A stretch of DNA of 63,152 nt, counting the filler, from Octopus bimaculoides (lineage: Eukaryota): NCBI RefSeq assembly GCF_001194135.2. It is 6 parts of 6 records of this genome, joined end to end, with 100 filler letters (N's around TTAATTAATTAA, not from the genome) between each part and the next. Parts side by side here need not be neighbours in the genome. Positions count along the whole stretch, not along the records: positions 39,371 to 55,394 come from NC_068991.1; 5 more parts are not named here. One strand, written 5' to 3'. How positions within the stretch are numbered: position 1 is the stretch's first letter; each line of letters opens with the position of its first letter. The notes under the pieces were generated by a model that ran no database searches, was not told the DNA's origin, and saw nothing but the letters and a program-made list of their open reading frames with translations. Shown here piece by piece: positions 41,804 to 53,055 of this stretch. The position numbers and the translations under genes are program-made.

Positions 41804-43981
41804 TCCCCTGAAGAATGAATTGAATCTGGCTATCTGGAGCACAATTGTCGTAATCAAGGAAGCCAGCCACATCCAGCTCATCAGATGGGATTCTTTACAC
41901 AAGGAACGAAATTCATGTGATAAATACTTGCCATATGTGGACCTAGCTAACAAGTAATAAATAATGAGTCAGCTTTTGGTCTGTCTCAGGGGGTGCGGTG
42001 GTGGTGGAGGACTGGGTGGAGTGGCATGGAAAGTGACAGGAGGAGGACAAGGCAAAACAGAAGAGAAGGGAGGCAGATTGTTCCCCCCAAAAAACACACA
42101 CACACATACAAGTATACAGAACAAAGACTAGAAAGAACTAATATCAAAGTAGTATCAAATGATGGTGACGATAATGATGACGATAATGATTGCAATAATG
42201 ATGATAATGGCAGTGATGGTGATGATATTATTAACGATGGTGATGGTAGTGGTGGCGATGATCATGACATTGGTGATGATGGTGATGGTGATGTTTTTGA
42301 ACATTTTGAAAGAAGAGAAACAAAAATCATTAATGTTCTCAAATTAATTGGTTGTAATATATGTCCACATGATGGTGGTGGGGGGGATTATTTACATGTC
42401 CTTAATGTAACCCTCTTTGGTTTCTTAATTTCACAAAAGACACCAGGCAGATGGCTGCGTTGACAGGGTAGCGGAGAACCACAACACTCAACCTGCTAGA
42501 AATAGCAGCCACACACCCAACTCAACAATTTTCTCTTGTCGATGATAGAAAGGACCCAAAGAAAAGTAGTCTTAGATAACACTAAAAAAAAAAGAAAAGG
42601 TAGTTCTAAGAAAAAAATAAGATAAAAAAGATGGTAGGGTCACATTTGGATTGCCGCTTGATCGTAAATCTTTCTGACTTAGAATGACCTGGATTAAGCA
42701 AAAATAACTGAAACCTTTCAAGGTAGTGAGAGCCCTTGCATGTTATGGCTGCAGTCCAATGACTGGAGCAAGCAAAAGACGCAAGCCTACAACCAGCGTT
42801 TTGAGGTTTTATTCAATAGTATTGGACCGAAAATAGCCAAATGTAAACACATTTTGCAAAATGAAGCATGTTCGCTTCCCAGCCACAGAGTTCCAAGTTC
42901 AGTCCCACTGCATGGCACCTTGAGCAAGTGCCTTCTACTGAAGCACCAGGCCAACTAAAGCCTTGGGAGTGGATTTGGAAGATGGAAACTGAAAGAAGCC
43001 CATTGTATAATGTGCGTGTGTGTGTGTGTGTGTGTGCCTGCATGCATGTGTATGTGTGTCTTTTTCTTGGCAAGGTGTGATAGTTGTAAATGATTGACAC
43101 TGCCATACATGTGCATTTCCAATATTCTGCAAAAATGTCTGGCCGGGGGAAATATTACTTTGGAGACAGATAAGTGTTGGTGAAGGTGCACGGCTTAGTG
43201 GTTAAAGGTATTCGGCTCATGATCGTAAGGTTATGAGTTCGATTCCTGGTGGTACATTGTATCCTTGAGCAAGATACTTCATCTCACATTGCTCCAGTCC
43301 ACTCAGCTGGCAAAAGTGAGTTGTACCTGTAATTCTAAAGGGCCAGCCTTGTCACATTCTGTGTCATACTGAATCACTCTGAGAACTACATTAAGGGCAC
43401 ATGTGTCTGTGGAGTGCTCAGCCACTTGCCCATTAAATTTCACTAGCAGGCTGTTCCGTTGGTCAGATCAACTGGAACCTTTTTCGTTATAATCAATGAA
43501 GCGCGAGTAAGTGTTAGTGACAAGAAGGGTATCTGGCTATACAAAATCTGCCACAATAAATTCTGTCTGACCCATGCAAGCATGGGAAAGTGGACATAAA
43601 GTGATGATGCACTATAAGAATTTAAGTAATATAGCAAATTTAACAAAGTAGGAATAATGTTTAAGTTAAGGCATGTTAATTAAGCAGTAATTATGTTGTA
43701 TTGTCAATTAGGCAGTAAGTTCAGTAGTAACTAATTAACTGTAAATAATGCATTTCTACAGAAGCAAGTAATTTTTTAAATCCAGAATATGCTTTTTAGG
43801 AATGAAACTTACAGAAAGCTAAACATTTTATTATGAGTGGGAATATGGAGAAGTAGGAAAGGAAAAACCCAACATACGTACAGCTATGAGGTCAACAAAC
43901 AGGAAGGAAGTCAGATTCCAGATCTGCCATGACCAAGCAGTCCTTTTGATCAAAGGACATCTTATTTATTTATTTATTTTT

Positions 43982-44190
43982 TTGCCCACAGGGGGCCAAA
44001 CATAGAGTGGACAAACAAGGACAGATAAAGGGATTAAGTCGATTACATCGACCCCAGTGCGTAACTGGTACTTTATTTATCGACCCCGAAAGGATGAAAG
44101 GCAAAGTCGACCTCGGCAGAATTTGAACTCAGAATGTAGCGGCAGATGAAATACCGCTAGGCATTTCGCCCGGCGTGCTAATGTTTCTTG
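43982..44190 (-). mobile_element. Meta/MESC-type SINE with a Tx1-like tail
   Basis: Matches 2631-2820, including the tail GCCCACA.GGG.C.AAACA.AGAG.GGACAAACAAGG. Confidence 0.8.
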
Positions 44191-44274
44191 GCAACGGCCC
44201 AGCATCCTGTTCAGTGGGGAGTGTTGCAAACTGGGTAACGCTCAAGCCTTAAGAGTCCCCTTTTTTTTATAATT

Positions 44275-46020
44275 AGAAGTGTGAAAATACATGGCCTAGA
44301 GGTTAGGGTGTTGCACTCACATTAATAAGACTAAGGATTTTGATTCATGGACTGGGTTCTGCACTGTGTTCTTTAGCAAAACAACTCATTTTTACATTAC
44401 TCCAGTCCATTCAGTTGTGAGTTCCATCAACAGCTGTGAAGATTATCCTCCGCTGTTCAGGCAGCTTATCTAAGGGTGTAAGTGTGAAATGGTTGGCATT
44501 AGGAAGGGCAAACCAGCTGTGAAAGCTATTTCAAAACAGACCTCACCAGCGCTGGTACCACATGAAAAGCACCCAATCCGCTTCATAAAATGGCTGGCAT
44601 TAGGAAAGACATCTAGCCATATAAACCATGCCAAAACAGGCCTCACTGATGCTGGTGCCACGTGAAAAGTACCTAGTCCACTTCATATCCAGCTGTAAAA
44701 AACATGCCAAAACAGACAGTAGAGCTTATTGTCGTCCTCTGGATTGCTAGCACCTATCAAACCATTCAACCCATGCCAGGATGGAAGATAATTATGAAAT
44801 GATTAAGGAATACACTGGCCACAAGGCATTGCCTAGCAGTTGGGGTGTTGCACTGATAATTGTAAGATTATGGTATTGATTCACAGGGTGAGTTGTGCAC
44901 TTTGTCCTTAAGCAAAACACTTCATTTTTACACTGCTCCAGTTCATTCAGTTGTGAGTTCCATCCACAGCTGGGAAGACTATATAAGGATGGAAATGTAA
45001 TCTCAAGCCATTTATATGCCATGGAAACTAGGTGAAGCACCAACCTCATGACACCTTATGCGACCTTTTTATAATTCGAAGTGTGAAGATGTGTAGGCTA
45101 GAGTGTTGCACTTGCAGTTGTAAGATTGGGGTTTTGATTCCCAGACCGGTCAGTATGTTGCATTCTTGAGCAAAACACTTTGTTTCAAGTTACTCTGCTC
45201 CAACCCACTCAGCTGTAAATTTATTCCACCAATAGTTGGGACATTAAGTTTGTGACAGATGAGTGTCCCGTTCTGCAGAGGAGTGTTATAATCTCAGAAA
45301 CTTATATGCCATGGAAACTAGGTAAAACCCCAGTCTTACAAGTCCTAGGGCTCATGATAAAGTTAAGTGTAATTGGAAGCTACTCCCAACAAGATAATGA
45401 GCAACCAGCAACAGAACTGGCCTCAAGCAACCACTCAACCCTTTACTCTGATTACTCTGCCAAATGTAATGCTTATTTATTCGCCTGACTGGCCTTCATG
45501 CCGGTGGCACGTAAAAGCACCCACTACACACTCTGAGTGGTTGGCGTTAGGAAGGGCATCCAGATGTAGAAACTCTGCCAAATCAGATTGGAGCCTGGTG
45601 TAGCCACCTGGTTCACCAGTCCTCAATCAAATTGTCCTACCCATGCTAGCATGGAAAGCGGACGTTAAACGACAATGATGAGGAGGGGGAGGAAATGATA
45701 AGGGACCAGGAGATGTGGTGATTTGCTGTTCTTGATAAGACATGTCAAGCTAAATAAAATTTCTGTCTTCTACACATACAGGCTTGTTCTTTCAGTTGCC
45801 GGTGCCACTTAAAAAGCGCCTATCCTGGTGCTGCAGAAATGCACTTGTGCCAGTGGTACATAAAAAGCACCCAACACACTCTGCAAAGTGGCTGGTGTCA
45901 GGAAGGGCATTCAGCCATAAAACCATGTCACATCAGACAATTGGAGTCTGGACAGCTACCTGCTAACCAGCTCCATGTCAAACTGCCCAACCCATGCCAG
46001 CATACAGAGTGAACAATGAT
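44275..46020 (+). mobile_element. Cluster of decayed tRNA-head SINEs (about 44275-44470, 44810-45068, 45070-45357) and RTE-tail SINEs (44480-44800, 45490-45680, 45790-46020)
   Basis: Repeated GGTGTTGCACT..CTT.AGCAAAACACTT..CTCCAGT units, and GGTTGGCGTTAGGAAGGGCATCCAG...CCCATGCTAGCATGGAAAGCGGACGTTAAACGA units. Confidence 0.7.
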
Positions 46021-46724
46021 TATTATTATTATTATTTTCAGTTAATCATGGCTTATCTCATAGCTTTGAAATTTCAATGTTGTGATTGCTTACTTTTAGA
46101 ATAATATTGTAGGATAGGTGAGAGAGGCTGGATCTGACTGGTTTGAACATAAAACAGCTAGAATATTTGGGATGGATATGTCCAGTTTAAATGCTTAAGA
46201 GTTAATATGTTGGGAGCTATAAAAGAAAAAGAAAGAAAAATAAAATCGAAGGACGAGTAGCCCTAAGGATCACAAATCATAAAACAATTACTACAAGATT
46301 TATAAGAATTGTGATCATATTTATCTGGAGAAACAAAAGAGCAGAAAAAAATTCTACAAGACAGAAGTTCGAGGAATGAAACTACAAGATGAGGTGGGGA
46401 ACAACAGTGACAAGATGAGAATTAGAAGAGAGATTATCATTATCGTCATTTTCAAGTTCACTTTTCAATGCTAGCAGGGGTCAGATGGAATTGAAGCAGA
46501 ATTTCTGCAGCTGGATGCCCTTCCTGTCACCAACACTCACTTGTTTCCATATAAAGTAATACTTTTCCATGGTTGGACAGGTTTTTCACAGAAGATTGGA
46601 AATGAAAGAAACCACTTGAATGACAGTAAAGCTTATTTACAACTTTTTCAAAAATATCATGTGATGTCAAGACAAGGAATCAGAAGCACACACACACACA
46701 CACACACATATTTACATATATATA

Positions 46725-47165
46725 AATGGGATTCTTTCAGTTTCCATTTACCAAATCCACTCACAAGGTTTTGGTTGACCTGAGGCATTAACAGAAGGCC
46801 AGTGTCTTGAAAACTGGACCTCAATGTACTAGTTTTGGCCAACATCTGTCCAATGTCAAACCCTAAGTCCTTGGCATAGTCAGGTTAAATATGACGTGAT
46901 TTTGTCCATCATACCAAGAATCCAATTTGTTCAGCTCCCGTTGTACATTCTTAACATAATCCCAGATTAAAACATCACAATCCAACATGGATAGAACAAA
47001 TATGCATGCTTTAGCCAGGTCCATTGTTTGGTACCAAGATTCTAAAATAACAGGAAGGATTTTGCTATTAGTGCTCAACATCCTTTCAAGTTTGGGATAA
47101 ATGGATAAGTGAAATCCATGCCTAAGGTGGCACGCAGTGGGATTGAACATGAAACCATGTTGTTA
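46725..47165 (-). mobile_element. CORE-type SINE split by the EXT1 fragment
   Basis: The head ends ...CCACCTTAGGCA at about 47121, and the body resumes ...CCTTCTGTTAATGCCTCAGGTCAACCAAAACCTTGTGAGTGGATTTGG at about 46802. Confidence 0.72.
46803..47120 (-). pseudogene. EXT1: Exostosin-1 (EXT1/tout-velu) pseudogene fragment, intronless and frameshifted
   Basis: Translates HGFHLSIYP...SKILPVILESWYQTMDLAKACIFVLSMLDCDVLIWDYVKNVQRELNKLDSWYDGQNHVIFNL /frameshift/ DYAKDLGFDIGQMLAKTS. Human EXT1 (recalled): NGFKVYVYP...[89 protein letters not shown]. An approximately 19-nt deletion removes YSGTWP. Confidence 0.88.
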
Positions 47166-48089
47166 AAAAGATGAGTCATATAATTTTCCTGAACTGGAAA
47201 AACAAGAGAAAAGGGCAATTTTGCTACTTTTTTCTATAAATACTTCCGATGTCTTGGTGTTTGGAGAGGGGTTGTCACACAATATAATAGCGAAAACATG
47301 ACCAATGTTAGAGACTCACTTTTGATCTCAAGGAGAGAAAGAAGACCACTCTAGACATTACATAAGTATTTCAAACAAGGAGTGGATAAGGAGCTTAAAA
47401 ACATGACAGAAGTTATATCATCCTCATCATTATTGTTTTAATATCCATTTTCTATGCTTACATGGGCCAGATGGAGTTTGTGGCAGATTTTCTGTGGTCG
47501 GTGCCCTTCCTGTTGGCAACCCCCACCTGTTTCCAAGCAAGTTGATATTTTCCCATTGCTGGACTTGATTTTGCAGAATATCAAAAATTAATGACACTGC
47601 TTGTATGACAGTGACATTCATTTATAATGATCACACAATCTCAAAACAAGGACACACACACACACATACACAATGGGCTTCTTTCAGTTTCCATCTACCA
47701 AATCCACATACAAAGCTTTGGCCAGCCTTGGGCTACAGTACAAGACACTCGCACAAGGTGCAACACAGTGGGACTGAAACCCGAAACTTCTCAACTACAC
47801 AGCCATACCAGTGCCTATAAGCCACCCCGATAAGCCAGCACCTATAGCCACCCCTGTATCTACTTCAATGACCTGGAGAACAGGTATATGGTATATTGTT
47901 AAACCAACTGACAGATTAAGTCTGCCATCAAAGAACTCACATTTATATAGATTCCAGCAACTAAATTTCATTAATGTGGCTTTGGTTATCCTGAAGTTAT
48001 GGTAGAAGATAGTTTCCTAAAGTGCTGTGCAGTGGCATTCAACACAAAACCTCATAGTGGTGGAGAAAACTTTTCCACTAATAAAACCA

Positions 48090-48684
48090 TGCTTACACCC
48101 TGAAAGCCGAGTACCATGTGAGGATGCGTGTGCTTACTCAGGTGCTGCAGCTGGCCAAAACTGTGTAGCCTTCTGTATCTGACAGACAAAGCCCCTAACA
48201 TCCAACACATCAAACCAAAGTTTGCAATGGCATCATTGTGAATCAATATATATGAAAAGGTTCCTTTAGCTACTTGAAGAATGTGGTGTCTTTGGCAGCT
48301 CCTTGGTGTCTCTCTGCGTGACCAAATCTCAAACAATAACATCCAAGAACAATGCCAAAAGCAGCTGACCATTGAAGACCAAGTCCAGCAGCACAGGCTA
48401 CAGTGGTTTAGCCAGGATGTACACTGGAAGACAACTACACAAACATTTGTGATGGCAGCAACCCACACCACTAGAGAATCTAGCACAGCATGCCAAAGAA
48501 GAAGACATGGATGAAAAAGTTGAGGAAGACCTGATGTCACAATGCCTTGACCTGAAGCTTGTTAAAGCCAGTATTATTGATCGGAAAGCATGGAATAACA
48601 TCACCAGAGTCTGTCAACCAGCAGCACCCACAGTAGCATATTGGTGGAGAGGAGAGCCTCCCCCTCCGGTCACCAACTAGGGAT
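48090..48684 (+). mobile_element. RTE LINE 3' fragment; its tail is duplicated at 49392-49548
   Basis: CLWQLLGVSLRDQISNNNIQEQC..QLTIEDQVQQHRLQWF. Confidence 0.75.
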
Positions 48685-48839
48685 TTAACCCTTTTGATAC
48701 CAACCTGGCTGAAACCACCTCTGGCTGAAACCACCTCAGGCTCTGTAGTACAAATGTCTTATTTTCATAAGTTTTGAATTAAAAACTTCCACCAAACCTT
48801 AGTCACAGTTTATGTTCCTAATACTAGCTTAATGATAAC

Positions 48840-49189
48840 TATGTGCAGCTACTGTTTATACGTCGTTCAGAGATTTATTATTGTTTGTTTACACTTTTTT
48901 GAGATCAGTGAATTTTCGTCACTGCAAAAAAAGATATAAGTATTTGCATTGGGACCCCTTCGCATTGAAGATCGGTGATTGTTGTATGCTGACGAAGGGT
49001 AAATACCCAGAAACCCGGGTCCGTGCGTATCAGATCAACGATGGGAAGGATGACTTCCCTTTGCAAATGCCGACAGGGCACAGAAAGTGCGTCAACAACC
49101 AGCTGGAGGAGATGTTCTCCTGGGGCTACAAGCTACAGTAGCATCCACCCTTAGCGGTTAGCCGCATTTAAGTGGCAAATATACTTCAC
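48840..49189 (+). mobile_element. 350-bp hammerhead-containing non-coding insertion (retrozyme-like or Penelope solo-LTR-like)
   Basis: Flanked by the direct repeat GATAAC (48834-48839 and 49190-49195). It interrupts a TTAA MITE and is richer in GC and CpG than its surroundings. Confidence 0.7.
48983..49027 (+). ncRNA. Type I hammerhead ribozyme motif (minimal, palindromic stem III)
   Basis: TGTATG-CTGACGA-A-GGGT(aaat)ACCC-A-GAAA-CCCGGG-TC-CGTGCG. Core CUGANGA and GAAA are intact, the cleavage triplet is GUC (cut after 49021), and stem I is 6 bp (Watson-Crick plus G.U). The base of stem II is an A.A mismatch. Confidence 0.78.
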
Positions 49190-50115
49190 GATAACAATGT
49201 TATTTTACTAAATTCTTAAACATTTTTAAAATTAATTGAAAGAAACACAGAGCATCTCAAAATAAATACAATAACGAAAGGGTTAAGAAAAAGAAGAGAC
49301 TAAAAGAATGTTGTTAGCTTTCTTAACAGTAGCTGAAGGAACTTCAGTATCTTGTCAACGATCAACCCAAGGTCTTTCTGTTCTAAAAAACAAATTGAGG
49401 AAGACCCAAAGTCACAATGCTTCGACCTCAAACTTGCTAAGGCCAGTGCCACAAATTGAAAAGCATGGAGTTCTATCATCACCAGAATCTGTCATCCAGC
49501 AGCATATTGGTTGAGAGGATAGACTTCCCCTCTGGTAACCAGCTAGGCACTTTAGAAGAAGAGACTCAACGAATGCCATTAGCTTTCTTAACTGTAGTTT
49601 ATGGAAATTCAGTATCTTCTCAATGATCACGCCATGATATTTCTGTTCTAAATTAGCTTTTCAAGATATGGACTGACATTTGATAAGAATGCATGGCCTT
49701 ACATTTGATAAGAAAAAAAAAGAAGTAAATTTATTTTAATGTCTAGTCAGATGGAAGCGGAGTAGTGTCCTTGAACTTTCCAAGGAATCAAAGACAAATG
49801 GTTGGGTGGAGGACAGAGGAGGAAGAAGCTTCAACTGCTGCAATTCATCAATATATTGAACATAAATATTTGGAACAGAGCGGAATCGGTTAAAGTGATC
49901 CAAGGACCATCCAGGTGGTGTGGTGGTAGTAAGTTTGGTGACAGAATTAAGACAATGGTCAGTAAAGAGTGCAGCACATGGATTTCAGCATCACTTAAGG
50001 TTTGTTCACATTGCTTGTAGGCACAGATAGGGCTGTATGGTTTAGAAGTCTGTTTCCCAACCACATGGTTTCAAGTTCAATCCCATTCCATGGCACACTG
50101 GGCAGATTTCTTTAA

Positions 50116-50328
50116 CGCTTTAGCATTCAAACCAGCCATATCCAGACCAAATATTCTACTTGTTTTATGCCAAAATAAGCCATATCCAACCTCTCATACC
50201 TAACCTACAATTTCATTCTAAAAGAATAAACAATCACATCTTGAAGCTACAAAATAACACATGATTAATTCAAAACAATATGAATTAGTAGACATTATAT
50301 TTGACAGAATAATCTGACTGCTAAAGGT
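50116..50328. mobile_element. piggyBac-type (TTAA) MITE inserted in a CORE-SINE
   Basis: TTAA|CGCTTTAGCA...TGCTAAAGGT|TTAA; a partial inverted relative lies at 46030-46202. Confidence 0.75.
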
Positions 50329-51099
50329 TTAACTAAAGCCCCAGAACAACCAAAGCCTTGTAAGTGGGTTCGGTAGACAGAAACTGAAAGACTTGTGTAT
50401 CTGTGTGTGTGTGTGTGTGTGCGCACGTGCACACGCGTGCATGAGTTCACATGTCTGAGAATGTGTGCATGTGATAGTGTTCACGTGTGAGACTACATGC
50501 GTGCAAGTGTGAATGTGAGAGTGAGAGAAAAGCAGACACAGGTACACACGTACAAACGCTTTGGCATCTTTCAGTTTTTGTCTACCAAATACACTCACAG
50601 GGCTTTGGTCAGCCTACGTAGAGTAGAAGATACCTGCCCAAGGTACAAGACAGTGGGATGTAAGTTTTTTAACCACACAGCCTTGCCTATAATAATAATG
50701 GTTTCAGATTGTGGCACAAGGCTAACGGATTTGAGGGAGGGAATAAGGGGATTACATCAATCCCAGTATTCAAATGGAACTTATTTTGATCAACCCCAAA
50801 AGAATGAAAGGCAAAGTCAAACTTGCAGTTCTATATTTAAGAGATGAGGAATTATGTACATTATTTATATTATTTACATTATTTACATTTGACGGACAAA
50901 TTATTTTCCTTCAGACTGTTTCCAAAGTTTTATGTTCGTTTCTCTATTATTAATTTTACTCACGTCTCTATCTTAATAGAAACTAATGGATAAAGAAATC
51001 AAGCTACATAAACAAACGGCAGCAAAACCGTTCAGAAATTAAATCACACTAACATATTTTTATAATATGAGGACAAATATCCGTCAAATGTAAATAATA

Positions 51100-51262
51100 G
51101 GCGTAGGTGTGGCTGTGTGGTAAGTAGCTTGCTTACAAACCACATGGTTCCAGGTTCAGTCCCACTGCGTGGTACCTTGTGCAAGTGTCTTCTACTATAG
51201 CCTCGGGCCGACCAAAGCCTTGTGAGTGGATTTGGTAGACGGAAACTGAAAGAAGCCCGTCG

Positions 51263-51295
<33 letters not shown>

Positions 51296-51500
51296 GTATA
51301 TGTTTGTGTGTCTGTGTTTGTCCTCCCACCTCCAACATCGCTTGACAACCGGTGCTGGTGTGTTTACGTCCCCATAACTTAGCGGTTCGGCAAAAGAGAC
51401 CGATAGGCTTACAAAGAATAAGTCCTGGGGGTCGATTTGCTTAACTAAAGGTGGTGCTCCAGCATGGCTACAGTCAAGTGACTGAAACAAATAAAAGAAT
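51100..51500 (+). mobile_element. CORE-type SINE, complete copy
   Basis: Same head, core, microsatellite and tail layout. Partial copies at 17870-17990(-), 23200-23360(-), 25430-25550(-), 26700-27030(+), 39400-39655(+), 41000-41640(-), 42870-43010(+), 47650-47820(-), 50560-50690(-), 55170-55395(+), 55500-55670(-). Confidence 0.88.
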
Positions 51501-51867
51501 AAATATAAATAAAGTCAACCTTGGCAAAATTTGAACTGAATGTAAAGACAGATGAAATACCGCTAAGCATTTTGCCCGGCATGCTAATGACTCTGGCAGC
51601 TCACTGCCTTAAAAGTAATTTTAGAAGGTATTTTGCATGATGCTTTTACCAAACTAATGCTTTGAAGCAAAATCATCACAAGAGCACTCAGAGAGTGCAA
51701 ATCTCCACCAAGGCAACACCAACGTCCTCTCAACGATTAACGGGAGATAATTGTTAATTCTCAGATTCTGGACTCATTCTTCAACAATATAGCGTTGCTA
51801 ATCATTAATAAAACCCCTAGTAGAATGTTCAACTTGCGGCATAAATAATAATAATAATACTGCTTTC

Positions 51868-52077
51868 CACTGAAGGAACAAAGCCTAAAATTTCAGGGAA
51901 GGGGACTAGTCAGTTACATCGGCCCCAGTGTTTCACTGGTACTTAATTTATTGACCCCGAAAGGATGAAAGGCAAAGTCAACCTTGGCAGAATTTGAACT
52001 CAGAACATAGCAAAAAGGTGAAATACCACTAAGCATTTAGCCCAGTGAGCTAACGATTCTGCAAGCTTGCTGCCTTA
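51868..52077 (-). mobile_element. Meta/MESC-type SINE, CpG-decayed
   Basis: Collinear with 2428-2630. Confidence 0.8.
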
Positions 52078-52140
52078 ATAATAATAATAATAAAAATAAT
52101 AGTAGTAGTAGTAGTAGTAATAATAATAATAATAATAATG

Positions 52141-52176
<36 letters not shown>

Positions 52177-52212
52177 GTAATAGTAGTAGTAATAATAATA
52201 ATAATAATAATA

Positions 52213-52462
52213 GAAGTTCAAAAGATAGTGCTCATGGGAACTGCCCATATCCTACGTAAAATACTGTCTATGTGATCTCAAATTTTAAAGCAAACATAAT
52301 TTTCTTATGGTTTCTTAAACATTCACTAGAACAAAACTGTACAAATCCAAATATATGGTACCCTAGGCATAACACCTACATGAACTTCTAACTTGTCTCT
52401 TGAAGTCTCTGGGTGAGACTTGGATCCAACTTGTACAAATGCAAAATAAAAGTCAAACATAA
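52213..52462 (+). mobile_element. R4/Dong-clade LINE 3' end inserted in (TAA)n
   Basis: EVQKIVLMGTAHILRKILSM* followed by a 3' UTR; (TAA)n on both sides. Confidence 0.85.
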
Positions 52463-52522
<60 letters not shown>

Positions 52523-52524
<2 letters not shown>

Positions 52525-53040
52525 TCCTGCAAACTGGTACAGATACCATCCTGAGCTAGTTGTTGAGGGCAAAAATGCCATCATCCTCTGGGATTTTCCA
52601 GTCAACTGACATAATGATCCAGGTTAATAAACCAGACATAATTATTAGAGGCTGGGAAGAAAATACTTGTAGACTAATAGATGTAAGTTTCCCAACTGAT
52701 AAAAATATATCTATAAGGGAATTTGTCAAACTTAGTAAATATAAATACCTGGAAATTGAAATTAAAACTGTCCCTATTATTGTAGTTGCTCTTGGTATGA
52801 TAAAAAAAAAAAAATGGATGTCCGAAATATCTAGACAACATCTTGGAAGAACCATATCACAAAGAAATGCAAAAGATTGTGCTGACAATAATTATATGCT
52901 TCCTTAGAAAAACCCTATCAATTTAGATATTTGTGTTGCATTATATGAAAGTATCTCTGAACTGCCCTCCCCAAGCTTTCGGTCATATTTCAACATCTCT
53001 TAACCTTCACTTGTCCTAGGGTGCTGGATGTGTCTTGGCT
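52523..53040 (+). mobile_element. R4/Dong-clade LINE restriction-like endonuclease fragment
   Basis: NKPDIIIR....TCRLIDVSFPTDKNISIREFVKLSKYKYLEIEI..VPIIVVALGMIKK, then frameshifted EMQKIVL...LRKTLSI*. Confidence 0.88.
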
Positions 53041-53055
53041 AGTGATTGCATCAGT

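Larger units (their letters stand above)
48689..49282. mobile_element. piggyBac-type (TTAA) MITE, interrupted by the 350-bp insertion
   Basis: TTAA|CCCTTT...AAAGGG|TTAA (TTAA at 48685-48688 and 49283-49286). Confidence 0.8.

Noticed and set aside
43813-43930. Hydrophobic stretch before a GTAAGT donor, as candidate P450 exon 1
   Set aside because: In-frame TGA after the only ATG, wrong phase, and in a different assembly segment
48881-49141. 86-aa ORF in the ribozyme insertion
   Set aside because: No recognisable domain; it overlaps the hammerhead and is probably incidental
49831-50064. ORF containing TLSDAEI, like a P450 I-helix start
   Set aside because: The following residues do not match; the opposite strand looks faintly like a decayed RT and is too weak to call
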